From: an uncultured Chloroflexia bacterium
GTDB taxonomy: Bacteria > Chloroflexota > Limnocylindria > Limnocylindrales > CSP1-4
Reading direction: 5' to 3'
Assembly (NCBI GenBank): GCA_963757055.1
Contig: CAVWPX010000007.1
Span: 5,618-69,617 of the forward strand
DNA length: 64,000 bases
Part shown: one piece after another, positions 44,675 through 54,502 of the stretch
How the letters are laid out: each line of letters begins with the position of its first letter
Numbering within the stretch: position 1 is the first letter of the stretch
Program-made: the position numbers and the translations under genes
The notes under the pieces: generated by a model
Database searches by the model: none
What the model was told of the DNA's origin: nothing
What the model saw: the letters and a program-made list of their open reading frames with translations, nothing else

Positions 44675-45702
44675 GCCGACACCAGCTCGACCGCGCGGCG
44701 GTCGCGCGCCGACGTCAGGAGGGCGTGGGCCAGGACGACGGCCCAGCGGCCGTCATCGACGTCCACGACCGGGCGGTCGCCCGTGCGGACGACGTGGATG
44801 AAGGCGGTCAGCTCGGCCAGCAGCGGCTCCTCGGTCGGGACCGGGAGCTCGGCGACCTCGCCGGCGAACGTCGGCGCGTAGCCGGCGATCATCCGCGGGT
44901 TCGTCAGCTCGGACGATCGCGTGAACGTCAGCCGCTGGGTGAGGTAGTCGAGTTCGAACATGCCCTCCTCGCCGACGACGGTGAGCTGTCGTCGCTTCGC
45001 CGGGGTCAGCCAGTCGACGTCGAGCATCGCGACCGTGCCCGATTCGAAGGACATCAGCCCGAACAGCAGGTCCTCGTGGTCCGCGTGGATCCGCTGGGCG
45101 GTCTCGGCGTACACGCGGATCGGCCGCTCGCGGGCGATCCACGACAGGATGTCGACGTCATGGGTCGCGAGGTCGATGGTCACGCCGACGTCGCGGATGC
45201 GCGCCGGGAACGGCCCGGCGCGGCGGCTGGTGATCGCGTACACGCTCGAGAGCCAGCCGGCGGTGAGGAGGCGTCCGAGCTCGAGCACGGCCGGGTTGAA
45301 CCGCTCGACGTGGCCGACCTGGATCGGCACGCCCCGCGCCCGGGACGCGGCCACGATGGCGTCCGCCTCGGGCGGGGTGGCGGCCAGCGGCTTCTCGATC
45401 AGCGCCGCGATCCCGCGGTCGATGGCCGCGAGGGCCAGTCCGACATGGGTCGTGGTCGGTGCGGCGATGACGACCGCGTCGAGGTCGGCCTCGGCGAGCA
45501 GCGCGAGCGGCTCGGCGAACCCGAGCGCGCCGGTCGCGGCCGTGGCGGCGGCCAGGGCGGTGTCATCGGGGTCGGCGACCGCCACGAGACGGGCGCCCTC
45601 CATCGAGGCAAGGATGCGCAGGTGGTTGCGACCCATGGAGCCGAGCCCGATCAGCCCGACGCGAACGTCCCCATCCCCCACCGGGGACCAGCTGGCCGTC
45701 AT
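44671..45702 (-). CDS. Gfo/Idh/MocA oxidoreductase, WbpB/WlbA-like 3-dehydrogenase
   Basis: VGLIG.GSMG.NH, EKPLA, GHVERFNP, DLATHD.D. Confidence 0.88.
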   Translation of the reverse strand: MTASWSPVGDGDVRVGLIGLGSMGRNHLRILASMEGARLVAVADPDDTALAAATAATGALGFAEPLALLAEADLDAVVIAAPTTTHVGLALAAIDRGIAALIEKPLAATPPEADAIVAASRARGVPIQVGHVERFNPAVLELGRLLTAGWLSSVYAITSRRAGPFPARIRDVGVTIDLATHDVDILSWIARERPIRVYAETAQRIHADHEDLLFGLMSFESGTVAMLDVDWLTPAKRRQLTVVGEEGMFELDYLTQRLTFTRSSELTNPRMIAGYAPTFAGEVAELPVPTEEPLLAELTAFIHVVRTGDRPVVDVDDGRWAVVLAHALLTSARDRRAVELVSA

Positions 45703-46808
45703 CCGGCGGCGACGCCCTGGGTCGCTCGTGGGTTCGAGACCTGGTCGCGGACCGCGGCGATCACCTCGTCCTGCTCCGCCTCGGCGAGGCCGGGGTACAT
45801 CGGCAGCGACAGGGTCCGGGCGGCGGCCCGGTCGGTGATCGGCAGGTCGGCGTGGATCCCGCGCTCGAGCACGTACGGCTGGCGGTGGACCGGGATCGGG
45901 TAGTAGATCCCGGTGCCGATGCCCGCGGCGGTCAGGCCCGCGATGATCTCGTCGCGTCGCTCGCCGACGTCGATGGTGTACTGGTGGAACACGTGCACGC
46001 GGCCCTCGGGCGTCACCGGGGTCCCGATCGGGAGGTCCGCGAACCCGGCGTCGTAGCGCGCGGCGATGGCCTGGCGGCGGGCGGTGTTGCGGGCCAGCTT
46101 GTCCATCTGGACGAGCCCGATCGCCGCGGCGATGTCCGTCAGGCGGAAGTTGTAGCCCAGGATCTCGTGGTGGTAGCGCTCGCGCATGCCCTGGTTGCGG
46201 TAGAGGCGGATCCAGTCGGCGAGGCGGTCGTCGTCGGTCGTGATGAGGCCGCCCTCACCGGTGGTCATGTTCTTCGTGCCGTAGAGGCTGAAGGCCGACG
46301 GGCCGAAGCTGCCGACCTTCCGGCCGCGGAACTCCGCGCCGTGCGCCTGGCAGGCGTCCTCGACGACCGCGAGGCCGTGGCGGTCGGCGATGGCCTGGAT
46401 CATCGCCATGTCCGCGGGGAGCCCGAACAGGTGGACCGGGCAGATGGCCTTGGTCCGCGGCGTGATCGCCGCCTCGATCCGGGCGGCATCGATGACGTAG
46501 GTGTCGGCCTCGATGTCCACGAAGACCGGCGTCGCGCCGGTGAAGAGGATCGAGGACACGGTCGCGTTGAACGTGTGGCCGACCGTGATGACCTCGTCGC
46601 CCGGGCCGAGCGCGAGCGCCTCGAAGATGGCCATCAGGGCGATGGTCCCGTTCGAGACGGCGATCGCGTGGCGGGTGCCGATGAACTCGGCCCAGCGCTC
46701 CTCGAGCTCGACGACGCGCTTGCCGCCCGCCAGCATGCCGCTGCGCAGGACGGCCGTGACGGCCTCGACCTCCTCGTCTCCGATGTCTGGGCGGGCGACG
46801 GGGATCAT
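45699..46808 (-). CDS. DegT/DnrJ/EryC1/StrS aminotransferase, WbpE/WlbC-like
   Basis: NGT.AL, PVHLFGLPADM, EDACQAHG, FSLYGTKNMTTGEGG, GYNFRL. Confidence 0.93.
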   Translation of the reverse strand: MIPVARPDIGDEEVEAVTAVLRSGMLAGGKRVVELEERWAEFIGTRHAIAVSNGTIALMAIFEALALGPGDEVITVGHTFNATVSSILFTGATPVFVDIEADTYVIDAARIEAAITPRTKAICPVHLFGLPADMAMIQAIADRHGLAVVEDACQAHGAEFRGRKVGSFGPSAFSLYGTKNMTTGEGGLITTDDDRLADWIRLYRNQGMRERYHHEILGYNFRLTDIAAAIGLVQMDKLARNTARRQAIAARYDAGFADLPIGTPVTPEGRVHVFHQYTIDVGERRDEIIAGLTAAGIGTGIYYPIPVHRQPYVLERGIHADLPITDRAAARTLSLPMYPGLAEAEQDEVIAAVRDQVSNPRATQGVAAG

Positions 46809-47482
46809 GAGCGGGCTCCTTGTGGGACGACGGCCGCGGGAAGCTCGCGCAGCGACTCGTCGTCGGGGACATAGATGTAGCGGCGCCCGCAGTCCGGGCA
46901 CGACAGGTGCGGGTCGCGAGCGTAGCGCTCGACGTCGGGCGGGGCGGCGTGACCGGTCGAGTCGGCCAGGCGGGCGCCGCAGGCGCACACCCAGCCCAGG
47001 CGGCGGGCCGGATTGCCGGCCACGAGCGCGTAGCTGCCGACCGCCTTCGTGACGATGGCGCCGGCGCCGACCATGGCGAAGGGGCCGATGTCGCAGCCGG
47101 CGACGACCACCGCGCCGGCGCCGATGGACGCGCCGTCGGCGATGGCGATCGGGGTGACGGTCCAGTCGGCCGCGCGGGCCAGGTCACCGGTCGAGGTGAC
47201 GGCGCGCGGGTGCCGGTCGTTGGTGAGGATGGCGCCGGGTCCGATGAAGACGCCGTTCCCGATCGTGACGCCGTGGTAGATCAGCGCGCCGTTCTGGATC
47301 TTGACCCGGTCGCCGATGACGACCCCCTCGTCGATGAACGCGTCGCGGCCGACGATGCAGTCGGCCCCGAGGGTCGCGCCGCTGCGAACCTGGGCTCGCT
47401 GCCAGATCGATGTGCCCGGTCCGACGGTCACTTCGGGCTCAAGGTCGGCACTCGCGTGGACGCGAGCCGATGGGTCGATCAC
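46805..47482 (-). CDS. Hexapeptide-repeat N-acetyltransferase, WbpD/WlbB-like, with C-terminal Cys4 ribbon
   Basis: IG..VKIQN, GVFIGP...TND..PR, GA.IGAGA.V, GNPAR..GWVCACG...CPDCG. Confidence 0.9.
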   Translation of the reverse strand: MIDPSARVHASADLEPEVTVGPGTSIWQRAQVRSGATLGADCIVGRDAFIDEGVVIGDRVKIQNGALIYHGVTIGNGVFIGPGAILTNDRHPRAVTSTGDLARAADWTVTPIAIADGASIGAGAVVVAGCDIGPFAMVGAGAIVTKAVGSYALVAGNPARRLGWVCACGARLADSTGHAAPPDVERYARDPHLSCPDCGRRYIYVPDDESLRELPAAVVPQGARS

Positions 47483-47576
47483 GGGGCGTGGGCTCCTGAC
47501 GGCGTGGATGGGTGCACGAGTATAGCCGAAGGTCCCCGATCTCCCGGCCCGGGGTCCGTGCTCCCGGCGCGCGCGG

Positions 47577-48267
47577 TCAACGGCGGCGCAGCAGCCCCAC
47601 CGCGACGCCCATGGCGGCCCCGAGGGCGAGGGCGCCTCGCCAATCGAGCAGCGTCTTGACGTTGCCCTCGACGCGACCGGCGATCAGCACCAGCACGCCG
47701 GCGTTGCGCTCGAACCGCGCCTGGCCGGCGATCACGGTGCCGATCAGGCCCTGGTCGACGTGCGCCTCGCGGGCCACCAGCGTTCGAGCCGCGCCCTGGG
47801 TGAGCCGCAGCTCGTTGGCGAGGCCCACGCCGAGCCCGCCGAGCTCGACCGAGACGCGCTCCCCGCGCGCCAGCACGATGCCGCCCATGCTCACGCGCGA
47901 CGTCCTCGGCCTGGACGGCCACGATGCCGCCCTGGTGGACGTCGACGTGCTCGGCGGTCGCGTTGCGGAGGCCGCCCTGGGTGATCGAGACGGACTCCGC
48001 CTGCACGTCCCGTGCGCCGCCCTGCGTGATCGAGATCGAGCTGGCGGTGAGGTCGCGGGCGCCGCCCTCGACGATCTCGAGCCGATCGACCGGGGCGGTC
48101 GCGTCGTCCGGCCTGGCATCGGGCGCCATGACCGGCGCCGGGGCGCGCTTCGAGGCGGCCGACGACGCGGCGGTCGCGGTCGTCTCGGTCTCCGCCGGCT
48201 TCGCGACGGCAGGCTTGGCAGGGACGGTGGGCTTCGGCTTCGGGGTCGCGGGATCGGTGTCGGCCAT
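47577..48267 (-). CDS. Uncharacterised 15-residue-repeat (beta-solenoid-like) protein with C-terminal membrane helix (frameshift near 47900)
   Basis: Pro/Ala/Lys-rich N-terminus, repeats such as QGGARDVQAESVSIT, ending WRGALALGAAMGVAVGLLRRR; GAGGA RBS. Confidence 0.7.
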
Positions 48268-48461
48268 GGGGTCCTCGAGGGGCGCATCGGTGCGGGGAGC
48301 CGCGGGTGGACGGCGTTCCGGTCCAGCGTACTCGCCACCCCGCCTCATCGCATCCATGCCTCGCCGGACGCCGATCCTCGACACCTCCTGTATCCTGCGG
48401 CGCGACGCAGCCTCCACCGAGGCGCGACGGGGTTATTGAGGGGTCCGAGATCGTGGCGACG

Positions 48462-49665
48462 ATGAACCGTCCGTTGGCGCTGGGCATCGGGGCCGTGGCG
48501 CTCGTCGTCGTGGTGGGCGGCGCCGTCCTCGCCGGCAACGCGTCGTCCACGCCCAAGCCATCGGGGAGCGGCGAGGCCGTGGCCACGGCGGCGCCCTCCT
48601 CGTCGAACTCGGGCGAGCCCACGACCTCGCCGACGCCGACCGTCTCCCCGACACCGACCGCGGAGCCGACGCCGACCCCGGAGCCGACGCCCGTCCGGGT
48701 CCCCGACCCGCTGACCGGCCGCATGGTCACCGAGGCGGCCGCGAACCGCCGGCCGATCGCGGTGATGATCGACGACCTCGGGCCGGCACGGCCGCAGTCC
48801 GGGTTCAACGCGGCCTCGATCGTCTGGCAGGCGCCCTGCCGAGGGCGGCATCCCGCGCTACATGATGATCTTCAACTCGACGATCCCCGGGCTGGTCGGG
48901 CCGGTCCGCAGCTCGCGCTTCTACTACATCACATGGGCCGCCGAGTGGAAGGCGCTCTACGGGCACGTCGGCGGCTCGCCGCAGGCGATGTCGACGCTCC
49001 AGCAGAAGGGCAGCGGCCAGTACGTCTTCAACGCGGACGAGTTCCGCTGGGGCGGCTACTACTGGCGCATCAAGCAGCGCTTCGCCCCGCACAACATGTA
49101 CACCGACGGGAAGCACCTCCGGCGGCTCGCGGCCAAGGTCGGGGCCAAGGACGGCCCGGTCAAGGCGCACTGGCAGTTCGCCCCGGACGCGCCGCTCGAG
49201 GCGCGGCCGCAGGGCGGCACGATCGTCGTGACCTACCCGCAGAACAAGATCACGTACCGCTACGACCGCGCGAGCAACACCTACCTGCGCTCGGTGACGG
49301 GCGAGGCCAAGCAGATCGACAAGGCCGACGGCAAGCGCGTGGCGCCCAAGAACGTCGTGATCATGAACATGATCTTCGGCCCGCTCAACGACGGCCATCC
49401 GAACAAGCACCGCCTCGAGGCGAACGTGGTCGGGACCGGCAAGGCCTGGATCGCGACGAACGGGAAGACCATCAAGGGCACGTGGCGCAAGAAGTCGAAC
49501 ACCGCGCCCACGCTGTTCTTCGACTCGGCCGGCAAGCCGGTCACGCTGACCGTGGGCCAGACGTTCGTCCAGGTCCTGCGGGTCGGGCAGGGCTACTCGG
49601 CCGTGATCAAGGACGGCAAGGTCCCGACCGCGGCGCCGTCGCCGAGCGCCAGCGCGCCGTCCTGA
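48462..49665 (+). CDS. DUF3048 (YerB-like) exported protein (frameshift near 48840)
   Basis: N-terminal TM, PT-rich linker, DPLTG...RPIAVMIDD...ARPQSG...A.IV, GPVRSSR, RFAPHNMY. Confidence 0.85.
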
Positions 49666-49722
49666 CCGCCTGAAACCCTGACCGACGCCGGCATCGGCCG
49701 ATCCGGGCCGGCGGCCCGGGTC

Positions 49723-50972
49723 TCAGCCGGACCGGCGCCCGACCTCCGCGTAGACGGCCCGCGTCTCGGCGGCCACCTCGGCCCACGTCCGTCGCCCCTT
49801 GGTGGCGCGGCGCTTCGCGGCGGCGGCCAGGCGCCCGTGGACGCGGTCGTCGGCCCAGATCGCCCGCAGGGCCGTGGCCAGCCGGTCCGGGTCGCGCGGC
49901 TCGACGAGGACCCCGGCGTCCCCGACGATCCCGGGCAGGATGCCGACGGCCGACGCGACCACCGGCGTCCCGCAGGCGAGCGCCTCGATCGCGGCCAGCC
50001 CGGCCGCCTCGGACACCACGGGGAGGATGGCCGCGCGGGCGCCGCGCAGGAGCCCGGCCGCCGTCGGCGTGGCCAGGGCCGGCGCGTAGGCCAGGCACTC
50101 GCCGATGCCCTGTCGCGCGGCGGCGCGCGCCAGCGACGCCCGGTCCTCCGGGCTCGCCCCCAGCAGGAGGATCCGCGGCGGCCAGGCGACGTCGTCGGGC
50201 AGGTCGGCCGGCCGGCCGGCCTCGGCGAGGGACGCGAGCGCGTGGAGGAGCGTCGCAAGGTCCTGGCGGGCGTCGTACCGGCCGGGATAGACGAGGTAGC
50301 GACCGGTCAGCCCGAGCCGCTCGCGCTCCGCGGCGGCATCGTCATCGGCCGCGGCGGTCGGTCCGGTCCCCCGGCGCCCGGTCGCCGGGGCGAACGGCGC
50401 CCGTCGGGGCGAGCGGGATCACCCGGACCCGGTCCGGGCGGAGATGGAGCAGGCGGCGGGCCGCGGTCTTCACCTCCGGGCCGGCCACGAGCACCGCGGC
50501 CGCGTCGCGCAGCAGCCGGCCGCGCAGGCGCTGCCCGAACCGCGCGGAGGCGGTGCGGCCGAAGGCCTCGGGCAGCTCCCACGGCGCCAGGTCGAGGAGC
50601 GTCGCGACGATCGGGCAGCCCCGACGCGATCGGCAGCGGTCCCGCGCCGGCCGTGTGGTAGAGCGCGCCGGCGGCCCCGCCGCGATCGGCCCGCCACGCG
50701 GCCCCGAGCGACGCCCCGCGCAGCAGGAACGGGTCGACGGTCATCGCCGCCGAGCGGAGGAGGTGCGTCGGCGGCAGCTGGCGGCGGCCGACGACGTCCA
50801 GGTTCGCGTAGGCCGGCGTCGGGTCGTCGAGGTCGCTGCGCAGCAGGAACGCGAACAATTCGCCGTCGACGGGCGCCTGGTCGAAGGCGCCGAGCAGGCC
50901 GTCGAGATAGGCGGCGGTGACCGGCGCGCGCCCCGGCTCCTGGAGCGGCCTCGCATCGAGGACGACGCGCAT
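49723..50972 (-). CDS. Glycosyltransferase family 4 (multiple frameshifts)
   Basis: MRVVLDARPLQ, YLVYPGRY..R.DL..L, SEAAGLAAIEALACGTPVVAS. Confidence 0.75.
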
Positions 50973-51056
50973 GCCGGGCGACGGGTCCGGCTCTCGCCCG
51001 GCCGCTCCCGAGCGCGCCCTGGCCCAGGGCGTCGGGCGGCGGACCGCCCGGATCGG

Positions 51057-51855
51057 TCATCGTCCGCTGCGGCGCCGCCGCAGCCGGTCGCGCAGCTCCT
51101 CGGCGCGGAGCTGGACCACGACCACCAGCGCTTCCACGATGATCCGCCGCGACATCTTGCTCTGGCCGACGCGGCGGTCGCGGAACGTGATCGGCACCTC
51201 GAGGATGCGCGCGCCGGCCCGGTCCGCCCGGAAGGTCATCTCGATCTGGAAGACGTAGCCGCCGGCGTGGACCCCGTCGAACGGGACCTCGGCGAGCGTC
51301 GACGCTCGCCACGCCTTGAAGCCGCCCGTCAGGTCTCGCGGACCCAGGCGGAGGACCGTCCGCGCGAAGACGCTGCCGCCGCGCGAGATGACCCGGCGGA
51401 ACGAGCGACCAGTCCATGACCCCGCCGCCCGGCGCATAGCGCGAGCCGATGACGACGTCGGCGGCGCCCTGGACGACCGGGGCGATCAGGTCGGGCAGCA
51501 CGGCCGGGTCGTGGCTGAAGTCGGCGTCCATCTGGACGACGATCTCGGCGCCGCCCTCGAGGGCGCGGGCGAAGCCGTCGAGATAGGCGCGGCCCAGGCC
51601 TGCCTTCACGGAGCGGTGGCGGACGCGGATGCGCGCGTCGGCCGACGACATCTCGTCGGCGAGCCGGCCCGTGCCGTCCGGCGACCCGTCGTCGACGACC
51701 AGCAGCGTCGCGCCCGGGAGGGCCTCGAGGATGGCGGCCGCGATCGGGCCGATGTTCTCGGCTTCCTGGTAGGTGGGGAGGACGACCCAGGCGCCCGATC
51801 CGGCCGGGCGGTCGCCGACGGGCGCGCCGGCCCGGGGCTGGGGTGGGGTCGTCAT
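51057..51855 (-). CDS. Polyprenol monophosphomannose synthase (GT2; frameshift near 51410)
   Basis: VLPTYQEAENI, VVDDGSPDGTG, GLGRAY..GF, QMDADFSHDP, DLTGGFKAW, GY.FQIEM, SKMS. Confidence 0.9.
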
Positions 51856-51880
51856 GGCCGGCAAGTGTACGAGCCGCCGC

Positions 51881-54370
51881 TCAACGAGACCGGACGGTCA
51901 CGTTCCGGGCGACCGCGGTCGTGCCGATCCAGCTGGTCGCGGTGATCACGAGCCGATAGGTCCCGGGTCGGGCCCAGGTGCCGGCCGCCGTCTTGCCGTC
52001 CCAGGCCAGGGCGTGCGTCCCCTTCGTCGTGGCGCGGTTCGCCCAGATCGTCCGGACCAGCGTGTTCGCGTGGTAGACCGCGACGGACACCCGCGCGGCC
52101 CGGATCAGCTGGAACCGGGCGCCGGCGGCCCCGGCGCGCGGCTCGAAGGATCCGACCGTCCAGGCCGCCGAGCGGATCGTCCGGTCGACGAGGACCGTCG
52201 CCTCGCGGGCGACCGGGTTGCCGGCACGGTCGACCCCGTCGACCCGCAGCCGGTAGCGGCCGTCGACGACGACCGCGCCGCCCGGACGCGTGCCCTTCCA
52301 GGTCATCGACCAGCGGGACGCCGTGCCGATCGGCCAGCGCCAGAGGGCCGCCCCGTTCCGGTCGAGGAGGCGGACCGTGCCGCTGATCGGCTCGCTGGCC
52401 GTCCAGTGCAGCGTCAGCTGGTCGTTCTGGCCGTTGCCGTCCGGCGTGATGAAGCCCGGCGAGGCCCCCGCGGAGACCACCGGATGCCGCGTGTCGACGA
52501 GCACGTCGAAGCTCCGCGTCGAGCGGTTGTTCGAGGCGTCCGCGGTCCAGATGGTGATCCGGTAGCGCCCGTCGCGGACGACCTTCCCGCCCGTCCCGAC
52601 CCCGTTCCAGGTGAACGTCGCCGCCCGTCCGGGCCGGCTGCCGCTGCGGATCGCCTTCCCGACCTTCGAGCCGCTCAGCGGCGCGACGACGTACCCCCAG
52701 CGGATCAGGCCGGTGGCCGCGACGCTCGCGGTGACCGTGTCCTGCCGCCGGTCGCCGTCCGGCGAGAAGGCCGGCGCGGAGAGCCGCGTGGCGGTCACGG
52801 TCGGCGGGACCTTGTCGGTGATGAACTTGGCCTTGAGCGCCGCGTACAGCTCGGGACGCGTCCCGTCGTAGCCGAGCGCCCAGATGCCGACGCCACGCAG
52901 GCCGACCCGGTTGACCAGGTCGTACTTCGCCCTGAGCGCGGTGGCGTCGTCGTAGTAGAGCTGGCGCCACGGCGTCACGCAGCCGTAGGCGGTGGTGCAG
53001 TTCTGGCGCCGGTAGGCGAGCCACGAGACGCCCTCGACCCGGTCGTACTTGCGCCCGTACGCCCTGGCGAACTCGCGCGCCGTCGCGTACGGGATGGCGA
53101 CCGATGCGCCGTACTTCGTGCCCGAGATGTTCCTCGCGTGCAGGCTCGCGGTCGCGGTCGACCAGGCCCGGCCGTAGTACGGCACGCCGAGGATCACCTT
53201 GGATGCCGGGACGCGGGCGAGGAACGCGGCGACCGTGTCCCCGACGTCGTACGCCGGCCCGCCGATCGGCGCGAGCGAGCCGACCGGGCTCGAGCCGGCC
53301 GTGCGGTAGTCGTAGCCCATGATCACGACGGCGTCGGCGGCGCCCCGCGCCGTCGCGTCCTGGATGGGGTAGTTGCCGATCCAGCCGGTCGTGTCGAAGG
53401 TCAGCTGGTAGCCCTTGTGGACCCGGTTCAGCTGCGTGCGGACCGCCCGGACGAGCGAGGTGAACTCGTCCGAATAGCCCGAGGCGATCGGCTCGAAGTC
53501 GAGGTTCACGCCGTCCGCGCCGCGGTCGCGGACGGCCAGCGCGATCTGGCGTGCGAGCCGGTTGCGGTAGGTGGAGCTGCCCAGCAGCGACTTCTGGCGG
53601 GCCAGCTGGTTCGAGGTCCACGCGAAGCTCTGCACGGTCAGCACGACCCGGGCGCCGCTCCGGTGGGCGGCGTTGATGACGGTGGTCATCCGCGAGCTGG
53701 TCCAGCCGCTCCAGCCGACGGTGGACGAGCCGTCCGGGTCCCGCTTCTGGAGGTTCCCGGTGCCGTCGGCGCCGACGCCGAAGTAGGCCACGGTCGAGAG
53801 CTTCTCCCAGTCGAGCCGGGTGGAGGGGTCGACCAGCTCCCAGTACGGCAGGAACCCGAAGACCTCGCGGCGGAGGCCGCCCGGGTCGACGGCCGCGGCG
53901 AGGCCGAACGTGGGCTGGCCGGCCGTGCTGTCCCAGCTCGCGGTGTCGGCCGCGATGACCGTGGAGGGGTCCACGACCGGTCGGTCGTCGCCGAAGCCGG
54001 CGAGCGCGACCGCGTCGTGGGCGGGATCGGACGCCGCGGTCGCGGCGTCGCGCATCGTGCCGCCCGAGACGCGCCCGGAGGGGAGGACGGTCGGCGACCC
54101 GCCGTCGACGGCCCAGTGATCGTCGGCGCGCGGCGTGAACGGGACGCTGACCCGCGCGCCGGGCTTGAAGGCGATGCGGTCGCCGGCATGGGCGAGCGCC
54201 TCGAGGTACTGGACGGTCGGCTGGATCCCCGGTGTCGCCGGTCCGACGGCGCTGTCCGCTTCGGCCGCGTCCGCGGTGCCCGGCAGCAGTCCGCCGAGCA
54301 CCAGCAGCGCGAGGCCCACAGCGAGGCGACGCGGGGTGGCAGACGGCAGGCGGCGGGGGGCGATCGGCAC
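51881..54370 (-). CDS. Secreted GH18 glycoside hydrolase with C-terminal FlgD-type Ig-like domains
   Basis: Signal peptide, EVFGFLPYW, DGVNLDFE, IMGYDY, ILGVPYYG, GIWALGYD; then SPDGD/TPDGNG Ig modules. Confidence 0.88.
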   Translation of the reverse strand: MPIAPRRLPSATPRRLAVGLALLVLGGLLPGTADAAEADSAVGPATPGIQPTVQYLEALAHAGDRIAFKPGARVSVPFTPRADDHWAVDGGSPTVLPSGRVSGGTMRDAATAASDPAHDAVALAGFGDDRPVVDPSTVIAADTASWDSTAGQPTFGLAAAVDPGGLRREVFGFLPYWELVDPSTRLDWEKLSTVAYFGVGADGTGNLQKRDPDGSSTVGWSGWTSSRMTTVINAAHRSGARVVLTVQSFAWTSNQLARQKSLLGSSTYRNRLARQIALAVRDRGADGVNLDFEPIASGYSDEFTSLVRAVRTQLNRVHKGYQLTFDTTGWIGNYPIQDATARGAADAVVIMGYDYRTAGSSPVGSLAPIGGPAYDVGDTVAAFLARVPASKVILGVPYYGRAWSTATASLHARNISGTKYGASVAIPYATAREFARAYGRKYDRVEGVSWLAYRRQNCTTAYGCVTPWRQLYYDDATALRAKYDLVNRVGLRGVGIWALGYDGTRPELYAALKAKFITDKVPPTVTATRLSAPAFSPDGDRRQDTVTASVAATGLIRWGYVVAPLSGSKVGKAIRSGSRPGRAATFTWNGVGTGGKVVRDGRYRITIWTADASNNRSTRSFDVLVDTRHPVVSAGASPGFITPDGNGQNDQLTLHWTASEPISGTVRLLDRNGAALWRWPIGTASRWSMTWKGTRPGGAVVVDGRYRLRVDGVDRAGNPVAREATVLVDRTIRSAAWTVGSFEPRAGAAGARFQLIRAARVSVAVYHANTLVRTIWANRATTKGTHALAWDGKTAAGTWARPGTYRLVITATSWIGTTAVARNVTVRSR

Positions 54371-54502
54371 GACGGGTCCTCATCCGGATGACGGCGGTCG
54401 GTCGACGCTACCCGTGAACGCCGCCCGCGGGTAGGCGACGAAGGTCCCGGTGCGGACTGGTACGGTGCGGTCTTGGGCGGTCCGGTGGCATCCCGCCGGC
54501 GC

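Noticed and set aside
46850-47000. Cys4 zinc-ribbon tail on the WbpD-like acetyltransferase
   Set aside because: As I recall, such tails are common among WbpD/WlbB homologues, so not distinctive.
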